A DNA stretch of 64,000 bases from an uncultured Eubacteriales bacterium. GTDB taxonomy: Bacteria; Bacillota; Clostridia; Oscillospirales; CAG-272. Under the pieces are notes generated by a model, which was given only the letters and a program-made list of their open reading frames with translations, did not search any database and had not been told where the DNA came from. Position numbers and translations under genes: made by a program. This document shows positions 17,889 to 26,879 of the stretch, piece by piece. Each line of letters begins with the position of its first letter. Position 1 is the first letter of the stretch. The DNA is taken from the NCBI GenBank assembly GCA_934432725.1, contig CAKRZE010000001.1, positions 9,945 to 73,944 of the forward strand. Reading direction: 5' to 3'.

Positions 17889-18400
17889 GAGTATCCTTTC
17901 GGTATTGCTTGCGGTCCGGGTAATATGAGAATGCCGTGGAGTGATCCTTTGCGCGGCTTGGCTGCCCCGGAAGCAGGCTGCTGCTCGGTTTGTCCGTTTT
18001 TTTCGGAGGCGGGCATGGGGCGCCAAAATCCGGATATCCTGTATGACGGCAGTGTGCCGGCATTCCGGTCGTTTCGGAACAGCGGATGCGTCGTGTGGCG
18101 GCATCGGCTTCCGGGTATCACCCATGGATATTAAATGCGGAAGTCTTTTCTGTTATGACATGTTTTTCGATCTGACGGCGCTGGTGATGGATTTTCGGAT
18201 ACGCAGCAAGGATCGTATGCGTTCCGAAAACAGCCGGCACGGTATGTTTGCTTTGATATTTTTTTGATATGCAGACTTTTCCGAAGTGTGTGAAAATTCC
18301 CATTCATAAAAAGAGCAACTTCGAAAATAATAGTATCAGAACCTGAAACACGGTTCAATTCAAATAGATTTGCAAAACAAAAACACAAGGAGAATTTGTG

Positions 18401-18589
18401 ATGTCTAACAACAACGAAATGAAGGCTGCTCTTGAGAAGTTCAAGATGGAAGCTGCCAGCGAAGTTGGCGTAAACCTGAAGCAGGGCTACAATGGCGATC
18501 TGACCGCACGTCAGGCAGGTTCTGTCGGCGGACAGATGGTCAAGAAGATGATCGAGAAGTACGAGAACGATGCAAAGGCTGGCAAATAA
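18401..18589 (+). CDS. alpha/beta-type small acid-soluble spore protein
   Basis: MSNNNEMKAALEKFKMEAASEVGV...LTARQAGSVGGQMVKKMIE is a classic SspA/B-type signature. ATG 18401 follows GGAGAA; the ORF track begins at GTG 18398. Confidence 0.9.
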   Translation: MSNNNEMKAALEKFKMEAASEVGVNLKQGYNGDLTARQAGSVGGQMVKKMIEKYENDAKAGK

Positions 18590-18618
18590 GTACTGATTCG
18601 ATTTCCCGGCAAAGCGTA

Positions 18619-18656
18619 CCGGACACGGCCGCTGACGCGGCTGTGTCCGGATTTTA
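18619..18656 (+). terminator. intrinsic terminator after the SASP gene
   Basis: CCGGACACGGCCGC-tgac-GCGGCTGTGTCCGG forms a 14-bp stem followed by ATTTTA. Confidence 0.8.
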
Positions 18657-18892
18657 TATGCTGCTTCTCCATGTTTTTCAGCGTTTAAAATGAGGGTATC
18701 CGTTTACAATAAGAGTATACACCGTGCCTTCGGGCATAGGGGAGGAAGCGCCGGATGCTTTTGGCATTTGCCGAAAAAGGCTTGGCTTACGGATTTCTTT
18801 TTGCAAAAAGCGGTCCTGCATCGGCGTTTCCCGGAGGATAAGAAGATGATCAGAAAGGAAGCCTTTACAAGTGGAAGGCTGCGGCAATCGAT

Positions 18893-19696
18893 ATGAAACG
18901 AAGCAGGAACGGCTGGGGCGTTCTTATGGCAGCACTGATTTTTTTGACCGGCGCGGACAGCGTATGTGCGGTCAAAGCGCATACCGCACAAGCGCCGTAC
19001 AATTGGTATTGCAAAAACAGAGAGGGGAATATTCCTCCGGACATTGCGCCGGAATTTTCATTTATCGGTGAACACGGGGGATATTGGCTGGACGAGGAGA
19101 AAAAGCAAAAGACGGACGACAAGGTGATTTATCTGACCTTTGATGCAGGCTATGAGAACGGAAATGTGGAGAAAATTCTGGATGCTTTGAAAAAGCATCG
19201 GGCGACCGGTGCGTTCTTTGTCCTGAGCAATCTCATTACAACCAACACCGATTTGGTCAGACGGATGAAGGAGGAGGGGCATCTGGTCTGCAATCATACC
19301 TCCAAGCACAAGAATATGACGAAAATCACGGAATATACGGCATTTGAGGCGGAATTGAAGGCGTTGGAGCAGGTATACTACGATAAAACCGGCGAGAAGC
19401 TGGATCCGTTTTATCGTCCGCCGGAGGGCTGCTTTTCCGAGGAAAATCTGGATTTTGCGCTGCGCTGCGGGTATAAGACAATTTTCTGGAGCTATGCCTA
19501 TGCGGACTGGGATAATCAGAAGCAGCTGCCGGCGGTGAAGGCAAAGGACAAGGTGCTCGGGCATACGCATAACGGAATGGTGCTTCTTCTGCACCCCACC
19601 TCACAGACAAATGCCGAGATCATGGATGATCTGCTGACGGAATGGGAAAAGGAAGGGTATCGCTTCGGGAGTCTGTATGAGCTGACGGGGTCGTGA
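18893..19696 (+). CDS. pdaA: delta-lactam-biosynthetic de-N-acetylase (polysaccharide deacetylase, PdaA-like)
   Basis: There is extended similarity to B. subtilis PdaA as I recall it: IYLTFDAGYENGN..ILD.LKKHR.TG.FF, GH...NH, YRPP.G.FSE, FWS.A..DW. Confidence 0.75.
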   Translation: MKRSRNGWGVLMAALIFLTGADSVCAVKAHTAQAPYNWYCKNREGNIPPDIAPEFSFIGEHGGYWLDEEKKQKTDDKVIYLTFDAGYENGNVEKILDALKKHRATGAFFVLSNLITTNTDLVRRMKEEGHLVCNHTSKHKNMTKITEYTAFEAELKALEQVYYDKTGEKLDPFYRPPEGCFSEENLDFALRCGYKTIFWSYAYADWDNQKQLPAVKAKDKVLGHTHNGMVLLLHPTSQTNAEIMDDLLTEWEKEGYRFGSLYELTGS

Positions 19697-20460
19697 ATAT
19701 GCATCGGCTGTTTATAAAAAAAGACCGTTTGTGTACGAAAAGGCGGATCGCATCGGGGCTTTTGTGCGCGGTTTTGATTTTGAGTATATTTTTTCCGTTC
19801 TTTCCGGGTATTTTGGCGGGCGCAGAGGGCGAGTACCCGATTTACCGGGAAAAGAATCTGAAGAAAAAAATGATCGCCTTGACCTTTGATGACGGTCCCC
19901 ATCCTGTCCACACACCGGAGATTCTGGATATTCTGAAGGAATACGGCGTTCACGCAACCTTTTTTGTCATCGGGCAAAATGCCGAATATTATCCGGAGCT
20001 TATCCGGCGTGAGCTTGCCGAGGGACATGAGATCGGGAATCACACCTATTCACACCCGCATGTTTCCAAAATCACAACGGATCAGCTGCTCAACGAGATT
20101 CTGGATACGGAGGACGTGCTGCTGTCTGTCTGCGGATATCAGCCAAGGCTGTTCCGACCGCCGGAGGGATGTTATTCGGAGGTGATCGGAAATCTGCTTG
20201 TGCGCATGGATTATGTTCCCGTTATTTGGTCCGTGGACACGCTGGATTGGAAGCGCCCCGCGGCATCTGCCATTGAAAACAGAATTTTAGGGCATGTAAA
20301 AAGCGGGGATATTATCCTCTGTCACGATTATGTGACAAAGAGCAATACCCCCGCAGCGCTGAGAAAGGTGATTCCGGCGCTCCTGGAAGAAGGCTATGAA
20401 TTTGTGACGGTGTCAGAGCTGATGGATGCGGCGCAGGATATTGAGCTTCCGTCGCAGTAA
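19693..20460 (+). CDS. polysaccharide deacetylase family protein (NodB homology domain), membrane-anchored
   Basis: NodB motifs are ALTFDDGPH, ATFFVIG, GHEIGNHTYSHP and LFRPPEG. The start overlaps the pdaA stop (GTG 19693 or ATG 19699). Confidence 0.85.
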   Translation: MNMHRLFIKKDRLCTKRRIASGLLCAVLILSIFFPFFPGILAGAEGEYPIYREKNLKKKMIALTFDDGPHPVHTPEILDILKEYGVHATFFVIGQNAEYYPELIRRELAEGHEIGNHTYSHPHVSKITTDQLLNEILDTEDVLLSVCGYQPRLFRPPEGCYSEVIGNLLVRMDYVPVIWSVDTLDWKRPAASAIENRILGHVKSGDIILCHDYVTKSNTPAALRKVIPALLEEGYEFVTVSELMDAAQDIELPSQ

Positions 20461-21359
20461 AATACGACGCTGCCCATGCGGTCCGTCCGGTAAACCGTAA
20501 TATTGTTCTGCTTGAGCTTTTGCGTGGTTTCCCGGTGCGGGTGTCCGTAGTCATTGCCTTTCCCGCAGGAAATGACGGCGAAGGACGGGGATACCGCCTT
20601 TAAAAGGGCATCGGAGGTCGATGTGACGGAGCCGTGATGACCGATCTTCAGAACATCTGCACGAAAAACATCCGGGGAGGAGGAGAAACGCTTCAGGATC
20701 TCTGCCTCCTCTGTTTTTTCGGCGTCACCGGTGAATAAAAACCGTTTCTGACCGATATCAAGGCGCAATACCACCGAGCAGTTGTTCAGCTCATCCGCGT
20801 GGATGACGACAGGACCCAAAAGGGTGAACGAAGCATCGGCAAACGGATATGTTTCGTCCGGAGCCGCTGTCTTCATGGCTGCGCCGCTCCTGTCCAGCGC
20901 TTTCAGCGTTTTTTCAAAGGTGCTTGTTGTTGTCGTGACATCGGGGAGGATAACGGTTCCGACCTTGTAGGTGTCAAGAATCATATCCGCTCCGCCGATG
21001 TGGTCCTCATGCGGATGCGTCAGGATCAGATAATCCAGCCGCTTCACAGAATGCTTATCCAGATAAGTGCGCAAAGCCGTCTCGGCAGAATTCGGACCGG
21101 CATCAATCAGCATGTTTTCACCGGTGGGCGCCTGAATCAGCGCACTGTCTCCCTGACCGACGTCAATCACGTGAATCCGATAGGCGGCGTTGCTCTGCAT
21201 GTCGGCAGGCTCGGTCTGCACCGGATTTCCGAAGATGTCTTTTCCGGTAAGCGCGGGATAGAAATAAGACAGCAGAAGGATGGCAGCAAGAAAGCAGAGG
21301 GTCAGAAGGTAGGATGCGGGACTGTGTGAACTCTTTTTTCTTTTTCTGGTGGAGGACAT
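20394..21359 (-). CDS. MBL-fold metallo-hydrolase, ComEC/Rec2 C-terminal-domain-like, membrane-anchored
   Basis: From ORF 20394..21644, start moved to ATG 21357-21359 (MSSTRKRKK plus a TM segment). Beta-lactamase-fold motifs are VIDVGQGDSALI, LILTHPHEDHIGG and IGHHGS. Confidence 0.75.
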   Translation of the reverse strand: MSSTRKRKKSSHSPASYLLTLCFLAAILLLSYFYPALTGKDIFGNPVQTEPADMQSNAAYRIHVIDVGQGDSALIQAPTGENMLIDAGPNSAETALRTYLDKHSVKRLDYLILTHPHEDHIGGADMILDTYKVGTVILPDVTTTTSTFEKTLKALDRSGAAMKTAAPDETYPFADASFTLLGPVVIHADELNNCSVVLRLDIGQKRFLFTGDAEKTEEAEILKRFSSSPDVFRADVLKIGHHGSVTSTSDALLKAVSPSFAVISCGKGNDYGHPHRETTQKLKQNNITVYRTDRMGSVVFYCDGSSISCAASISSDTVTNS

Positions 21360-22064
21360 ATGTAAAAACCGCCTTCGCTTAGGCGGCGGCTCCTTTCCTT
21401 TTTGGAATGGTGCATGCCGGAGTGACCGATGCATGAAGGAAATATGAAAAATCAATGACTGCTGCGGAGGCTGAGGCGGACATAAGGCGCCTTGGACTAT
21501 GCCGCTCCGATCGGAAAAGAATCTGCATGTGCGGATGGTATGAACTTTTTCCTTGAAGCAGCCGTCTCTTTGGGAGAGCGGTCCGGAAGGTCGGTTTTCC
21601 GAAAAGCGGCTGCAAGTGCCGTCCGACTGCGTTGCGGTGCGCATCGGGGCAGCTGCCGGGAGGAAAATTCAGATCAGCCGGCGCGCGGTATGTACATGCG
21701 TTTTTTTGAAAAAATCCGCTTTTTCAGGGGAGGGCGGAGGGCATCCTCTGTTTCAACAGTATGCGCATTCCAAAGATGCTGTGCCGCGCCGGGGCGTTTT
21801 GCGGCGGTGCCCCCGTGCCTCCGATCAAACGATACGCAATCGGCTGCGCTTGTGCAGCTGAACCGGAATGCGGAGACTAGGCACTTTTGTGCTGCCGTAT
21901 GCTGTGCCGGAGCGGCTGCAAGTGCCGCTCCGGGAAGCGGCATTCGCAGAAGATATTGAGGCTCTCACGGGGCATTGGGACGGGAATCGGATTTTCGATG
22001 CGGTCAGGCAGTCTGACCCATCGGATGCTGTTTTGTCCGAACAGGAACAGCCGACAGCGGCATA

Positions 22065-22490
22065 TCAGCCTCTTTTTTGAAAAATACCGGCGCACAGGCA
22101 CCTGTGCAGAAGACTGCAAAGGGGAAGTGCCGGTACACACAGCAGGAACCACAGCAGAGAAAAAAGCGGGCAGACCTGTCCGAGCAGATTAAAGGGTCTT
22201 TTGGAGTAATCCCAGACGCCCCAGTGTAAGATCCGGTTGACAATACAGCCGACCGAAAACTCCGCAGCGGTGATAACCAGTGCCCCCGCCGCGCAGCGGA
22301 GCAGAAAGGGCTTTTCGGGATATTTTCGCTGAATCCGGTACAGACAGACCAGACAAAAGCCTCCTGTCAGCGCCATGGTCCAGTGCGAAAAGCCGCGCCA
22401 CAGGATCTCAATACCGGTATAGCTCAAGGCTCCGGTGCCGAATACGGCAAGAGACTCCGGGATAAAGTCCGAAATGGCTTTTTTCATCAT
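22065..22490 (-). CDS. small polytopic membrane protein (resembles the DUF1113 / 'putative ABC-transporter type IV' family)
   Basis: From ORF 22065..22685, start moved to ATGATG at 22485-22490. It has four hydrophobic segments and the motif WDYS..PFN. The family assignment is from memory only. Confidence 0.45.
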   Translation of the reverse strand: MMKKAISDFIPESLAVFGTGALSYTGIEILWRGFSHWTMALTGGFCLVCLYRIQRKYPEKPFLLRCAAGALVITAAEFSVGCIVNRILHWGVWDYSKRPFNLLGQVCPLFSLLWFLLCVPALPLCSLLHRCLCAGIFQKRG

Positions 22491-22925
22491 CTGTATACCC
22501 GACCTTCTGCGAAAAGCATGCTTTCGCGTAATCGGAGACAGATTGCCTGCGAATTGCCTCCGTCCCATACAGTATGACCGGATGCCGGCATTGCCATACG
22601 GGCAAAGGCGGGAGAGCGGGATGAAAATGACCGATACGTTATTTTTTCGGAATGACTCCGCAAAGCGGAAAAATCGCGGCTGCACAGTGTCAGCCGCGAC
22701 GGTGCGGAGAGGCAGCCGGGAGCCAATCTGTTTTGCTCAGCCGTCCTTGCAGGCGGCGCAAAACGGAAGAATCGGAAGCTCCCGGACCGCTCCGGCGCGT
22801 CCTGCGGGATAGCCCGCGGGTGACCGGAGAGCGGCAGGGCAGGTGCAGGGCTGCGCGGCTTTTTATTTTTCGGAAGTCCCGGACATTCATGTCCGGAAGG
22901 ATGCGAACGGATGGGAAAGCGGGAA

Positions 22926-25613
22926 TCAGAAGATTCCGTTTGCCTCTGCCCATTGCCGGTTTCTGCGGCGGATCCGGAGAATATCCAGAACAATTGCCGC
23001 GCCGAACAGACCGACGCCGATCAGGGAGACCTTGCTGGCAACCGTATAGCATTTCGGGCTGTATACCATCCGTACCTCATGGGTTCCCGCATCAATATCA
23101 AAGGCAGTCAGAGAATCCAGCGCCTTATAGGTCTGAACCTCATTTCCGTCCACTGTGATCTTCCAGCCGGCATCATACGGAATGGTCGCAAAGACAGAGG
23201 TCATTTCCTCCGGTACGGTGATCGTGCCGGTAATTTCCGTATCTGCAAAGGACGTGATGTTGAGTCCGCCCTGCTGAAGCTTCTGCATGGAAGAGCGGAA
23301 TGCATCGTAATCTACGGAATAGAAATAATTTTCTTTGTTTCTCAGGTAAATCGGCTCATCGTCTTTCAGGGTCAGTGTGACCTTGACCTCCTGCTCCTCC
23401 TCATAGACACCGAGCGAGAACACACGGTTGGAGTCGCTGCCGAAATAGCTGCCGAGTGATTTTCCGTTGACCGATATCTTGCATTCGCGCGGATAATCGG
23501 TGGCAAAATAGCAGAACAGCTCGGAATGGGGGCGTGCGGTCAGCGTAAAGGTGACCGATGCGGTTTTTCCGGTTACGGTAGGACCGTATTTCCAGTGATC
23601 GACGTAATTTCTTGCCACATCGATGTTGTCCAGCGTTGTCGGCACATCCTCATACGGGACATAGATCGGAACCGGCTCGCTCTGTCCAAGCATGGTGCCG
23701 ACAAGCGCGTTCATGCGCTCAAACGGAGAATGGTATGCCTCCATGTTGAACGCCCCGGTTTTCCGGTCCGCAGCAAAGGCGAGGGAGAGCGCATACGGGT
23801 TCTCATAGACATAATAATTATGCTTTTCATCCGATTTGATCAGGTTATACAGCTCCGTGCTCTGCACGCCCTCGGAAATGATATATTTCAGGTCGAAAAT
23901 GGAATCCGAGACGGGATGTCCGCCCAGATATTTGGACCAGTGGGAGGTCGAAGAATAGCCGAATTCCCTCAGGAGCTTGACCGTGGACGCGTTCAGGGTC
24001 GAGGTGGAATTGGAAAGCCCGTGGAAATGCAGCGCCATGCTGTCATTTGTCTTGCGGTGGAAATTTTTTTCCATACGGTAAAACGGAGAGGTGTCATATG
24101 CCTGCACGTACTCCACAAGCGGGCGAACCTTTTCCATATAGCTGTTGTAGGAGGTGCGGGAGCTGATGACCACATCCTGATCCAGCGCGATAGTTCCGAA
24201 CAGTCCGGAAACAAACAGCTCGACACAGACCGTTGCCAGCAGAATCGCCGAGGATGCGCGCCCGATGGAGCCTTTGCATTCCATGTACAGCACGACCACA
24301 TATGCCGCGAGGCAGGCAACGCTGAACCAGATGCATTTCAGGTCGCTGATATATTCGTAATCCTGCTTCTGGATCAGCATCAGAATAATGCCGAGCAGTG
24401 CGGCATCGATGACGACGTATTTGAAGTTGAGCTTTCCGATATACTCCAGCGCCTTATAGGAGAAGACCAGCATCAGGAAGACAAACATAAAGCTGTAGCG
24501 GTAGTTGAGCCAGTTGGGACGCTGGAAGCCGTGCCAGACGATATCGACCGCAGAGCAGTCAAAGGAGAAGAGCAGGATCAGAAGCAGATAGCCGGAAAGC
24601 AGACGCTCTCTCGCGCGGATCCGCGAGGTGAGGAAATAAAGCGGGAGCAGCATCAGTGCAACGGTTCCGCAATAAACGAAGGGGAGTCCGGCAGGACGCA
24701 CGGTGTCATAGGAGCCGGGGAAGAACTTTGTGAAAAAGTCCAGAAGGTCAAAGTTTTGCGAGAACGTGAAATTCGGCTTGGAGAAGGAGCTCTTTCCGAA
24801 TTGCAGCGAGGTGTATGCCGGATACCAGATGATCATGGAGATCATGATGACGATTCCGGAATAGACAGCCATGCGCAGAAGAGAGCGCCAGAAGTGATTT
24901 TCCTCCATGTAAAAGTTGTTTTCGAACTTCCTGTTGTGCGCAAAATAATAATAGAAGAAATACAGGGCGCAGAAGATGCACATCATATAGCCGATGTAGA
25001 AATTCGACAGCATGCAGAGCGAGAGGGAAACGACATATAGCCCGAATTTCTGCCGGCAGATCAGCCGTTCGATTCCGAGGGCGACAAGCGGAAGCAGGAT
25101 CAGGTTGTCCACCCACATGGTGTTATGTCCGAAGGCGATCATATAGCCGCAAAGCGCATAGCACATGGACAGGGAAATGATCCGCAATTTGCTGGTGTGG
25201 CTGATCTGATGCAGGTAGTAAGCCATGGTGGCGCCCATAGAGCCGACCTTCAGAAGCATGATCAGGAGCAGTCCTTCCGTGATGTGTTCCTCGGAAAACA
25301 GACAGATCAGGAAGGAGAACGGGCTTGCCAGATAATAGGCATACATACCCATGAATTCGCCTCCGATGGAGCGGTTCCACGTATAGAGCAGGCTTCCGCC
25401 GTTTAAGACCTTATCGCGCAGCTCTTCAAAGAAGTACACATACTGTCCGTTCAGATCCAGAACCAGTACGGAGTTTGTCCCGAAGGGGTAAACCTCCATC
25501 GCGATGAAAATCAGCCACATAATCAGGGCGGGGAGGAGAAATGCGAAGAGGAGATAGCCGTATTCAAAACGGTTCACCGTGTCGCGGAGCTTTCCGAAGG
25601 TTTTTTTAAACAA
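22926..25613 (-). CDS. YfhO family membrane protein (putative glycosyl-transfer / glycopolymer modification)
   Basis: 895 aa. The N-terminal two-thirds are polytopic, beginning MFKKTF...YLLFAFLLPALIMWLIFIAMEVYPFGTNSVLVLDLNGQYVYFF, which is typical of YfhO. A large extracytoplasmic C-terminal domain and a final TM segment follow. Confidence 0.8.
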   Translation of the reverse strand: MFKKTFGKLRDTVNRFEYGYLLFAFLLPALIMWLIFIAMEVYPFGTNSVLVLDLNGQYVYFFEELRDKVLNGGSLLYTWNRSIGGEFMGMYAYYLASPFSFLICLFSEEHITEGLLLIMLLKVGSMGATMAYYLHQISHTSKLRIISLSMCYALCGYMIAFGHNTMWVDNLILLPLVALGIERLICRQKFGLYVVSLSLCMLSNFYIGYMMCIFCALYFFYYYFAHNRKFENNFYMEENHFWRSLLRMAVYSGIVIMISMIIWYPAYTSLQFGKSSFSKPNFTFSQNFDLLDFFTKFFPGSYDTVRPAGLPFVYCGTVALMLLPLYFLTSRIRARERLLSGYLLLILLFSFDCSAVDIVWHGFQRPNWLNYRYSFMFVFLMLVFSYKALEYIGKLNFKYVVIDAALLGIILMLIQKQDYEYISDLKCIWFSVACLAAYVVVLYMECKGSIGRASSAILLATVCVELFVSGLFGTIALDQDVVISSRTSYNSYMEKVRPLVEYVQAYDTSPFYRMEKNFHRKTNDSMALHFHGLSNSTSTLNASTVKLLREFGYSSTSHWSKYLGGHPVSDSIFDLKYIISEGVQSTELYNLIKSDEKHNYYVYENPYALSLAFAADRKTGAFNMEAYHSPFERMNALVGTMLGQSEPVPIYVPYEDVPTTLDNIDVARNYVDHWKYGPTVTGKTASVTFTLTARPHSELFCYFATDYPRECKISVNGKSLGSYFGSDSNRVFSLGVYEEEQEVKVTLTLKDDEPIYLRNKENYFYSVDYDAFRSSMQKLQQGGLNITSFADTEITGTITVPEEMTSVFATIPYDAGWKITVDGNEVQTYKALDSLTAFDIDAGTHEVRMVYSPKCYTVASKVSLIGVGLFGAAIVLDILRIRRRNRQWAEANGIF

Positions 25614-25631
25614 AGAGATACCGCCTTTCCG

Positions 25632-25823
25632 TCAGGTGTGCGGCAGAACCTGCCGTATGTTTTTTTCCAGTTTGATACGGGGGACCGTGACGTCCCTCCC
25701 GCATTTACAGCATACAATCCGGATGTCGGAGCCGACACGCATGACCCGAAACAGCTCGGAACCGCAGGGGTGCGGCTTTTTCAGCTTCAGCGTGTCACCG
25801 ACAGAAAAAGAAATAATCTTCAT
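25632..25823 (-). CDS. DUF951 family protein
   Basis: 63 aa with LKKPHPCGS...CCKCGRDVTVPR, a 4-Cys motif typical of DUF951. It lies 18 nt upstream of yfhO-like on the same strand. Confidence 0.7.
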   Translation of the reverse strand: MKIISFSVGDTLKLKKPHPCGSELFRVMRVGSDIRIVCCKCGRDVTVPRIKLEKNIRQVLPHT

Positions 25824-26327
25824 GTGTCAGTGTCCTTTTCCGTAACCGGCATAATAATCTCCGGATGCCGGACGGATGGAAAGCGGCGCTTGTTCCGCCC
25901 GGAGATCCAATAAAAATATTGACATGTTTCGGTTATTATAGCATAGTTTTTCTGAAAAGGCAAGAGAAAAAAGAGCATCCGTGCCGAAATCGGGACAATG
26001 CATGGAGCGCTTTGGCAGAAAACAAAGAAGGATGCCGGTCTGAAGATTGAAACCGCATGCCGTGCGGTGCATTCAGAGGCGGAACCGACAGGATGGGGAG
26101 TGCGCGGAGCCTGCATTTTGACGGGCGCGTTATCCGGCATGGAAGGCGCTTTTTTCAGATTGCCTGCGGCTGTCTGTCCGGGATGCCGGAAACAGTGGTA
26201 CTGCGTGAGACCGAACGGAAGACACCGCAGACAGGAGTGCCGCAGCGAAGCCTGACGGCGAACGGGACGGGGATGTATGGCATGACGGCATTTTTGTAAT
26301 CGGCATCGGAAAAGTCGCCGGCGCGTC

Positions 26328-26356
26328 TTGCATTTCTTGTAATATTGCGGTATACT
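26328..26356 (+). promoter_or_regulatory. near-consensus sigma-A promoter ~520 nt upstream of the PHP-domain gene
   Basis: TTGCAT (26328-26333), 17 nt spacer, TATACT (26351-26356). Confidence 0.55.
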
Positions 26357-26879
26357 GGTACTGGTTTTTGCTGCTTTGCGGGGCAGCCTCCGGGTCACGG
26401 AGGCAGTGCCTTGACCGGAACGGGAAAAGCCGATGCTGGATGCTGACGGAGAGGGCTGCCGCATACAATCGCGGCTGCACCGGGAAGGGTGTCCGGCAAA
26501 TGCCTTTCGCTGCGGGCAGGTATCGAATGCCCGAACCGCGGTGCTTTGGGATTTGCCGTGCCGGGGAGGGTCCGCGGACTGCCGCAAGCCGACCGCCGTG
26601 TTGTGCGGACTTTGCCGTCTGAGCCGCGGCGGTCAGACCGGGCGGAATGTCTGTGTCAGACGTTTCGGCGGGAATACGCACACATTTTCCGAGGCACGGA
26701 GCTGTTTCAACATCGGGCAATTTTGCAGGAAGCTGCGCTTCACTGCTAAAAAGCATTTGCTCAGGCAAAAGCAATGTTCGTCAGACGAAAGCGGTTTTTC
26801 ATTCGAAACGGCTTTCGCAAATGAAAACAATTTTTATAAATGAAGCAATTTTCTTAAAATGCAGACGAAGGAGATTTTT

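Noticed and set aside
18250-18400. Forespore (sigma-G/sigma-F) promoter upstream of the SASP gene.
   Set aside because: It is expected biologically. The best candidates (GTATC-18-CAATTCA, ...CAAATA) match the GHATR-18-CATxHTA consensus too poorly to annotate.
21868-22080. 70-aa plus-strand ORF with a fairly protein-like C-terminal half (…EDIEALTGHWDGNRIFDAVRQSDPSDAVLSEQEQ…).
   Set aside because: It has no SD before ATG 21868, lies on the opposite strand to both neighbours, and its N-terminal part overlaps the duplicated hairpin. It may be a gene fragment, so I did not call it as a CDS.
25820-26774. ORFs 25820..26587 (255 aa) and 26130..26774 (214 aa) in the large non-coding block.
   Set aside because: They have Arg/Ser/Pro/Ala-rich low-complexity translations, no SD and no motif. 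I treated the region as non-coding (see the finding for 25824-26879).
26365-26860. Possible identity of the long leader as RNase P RNA, tmRNA, SRP RNA, or a cobalamin, TPP, ZTP, ydaO, glycine, SAM or lysine riboswitch.
   Set aside because: I looked for GAGGAAAGTCC with ACAGAA..GGCTTA (RNase P), a tRNA-like ...TTCGA..CCACCA end (tmRNA) and GGAAGCAGC (SRP). I also looked for the B12 box, CTGAGA..ACCTGA (TPP) and CCGCCTGGGC (ZTP). None is present. This by-eye check is not a substitute for cmscan.
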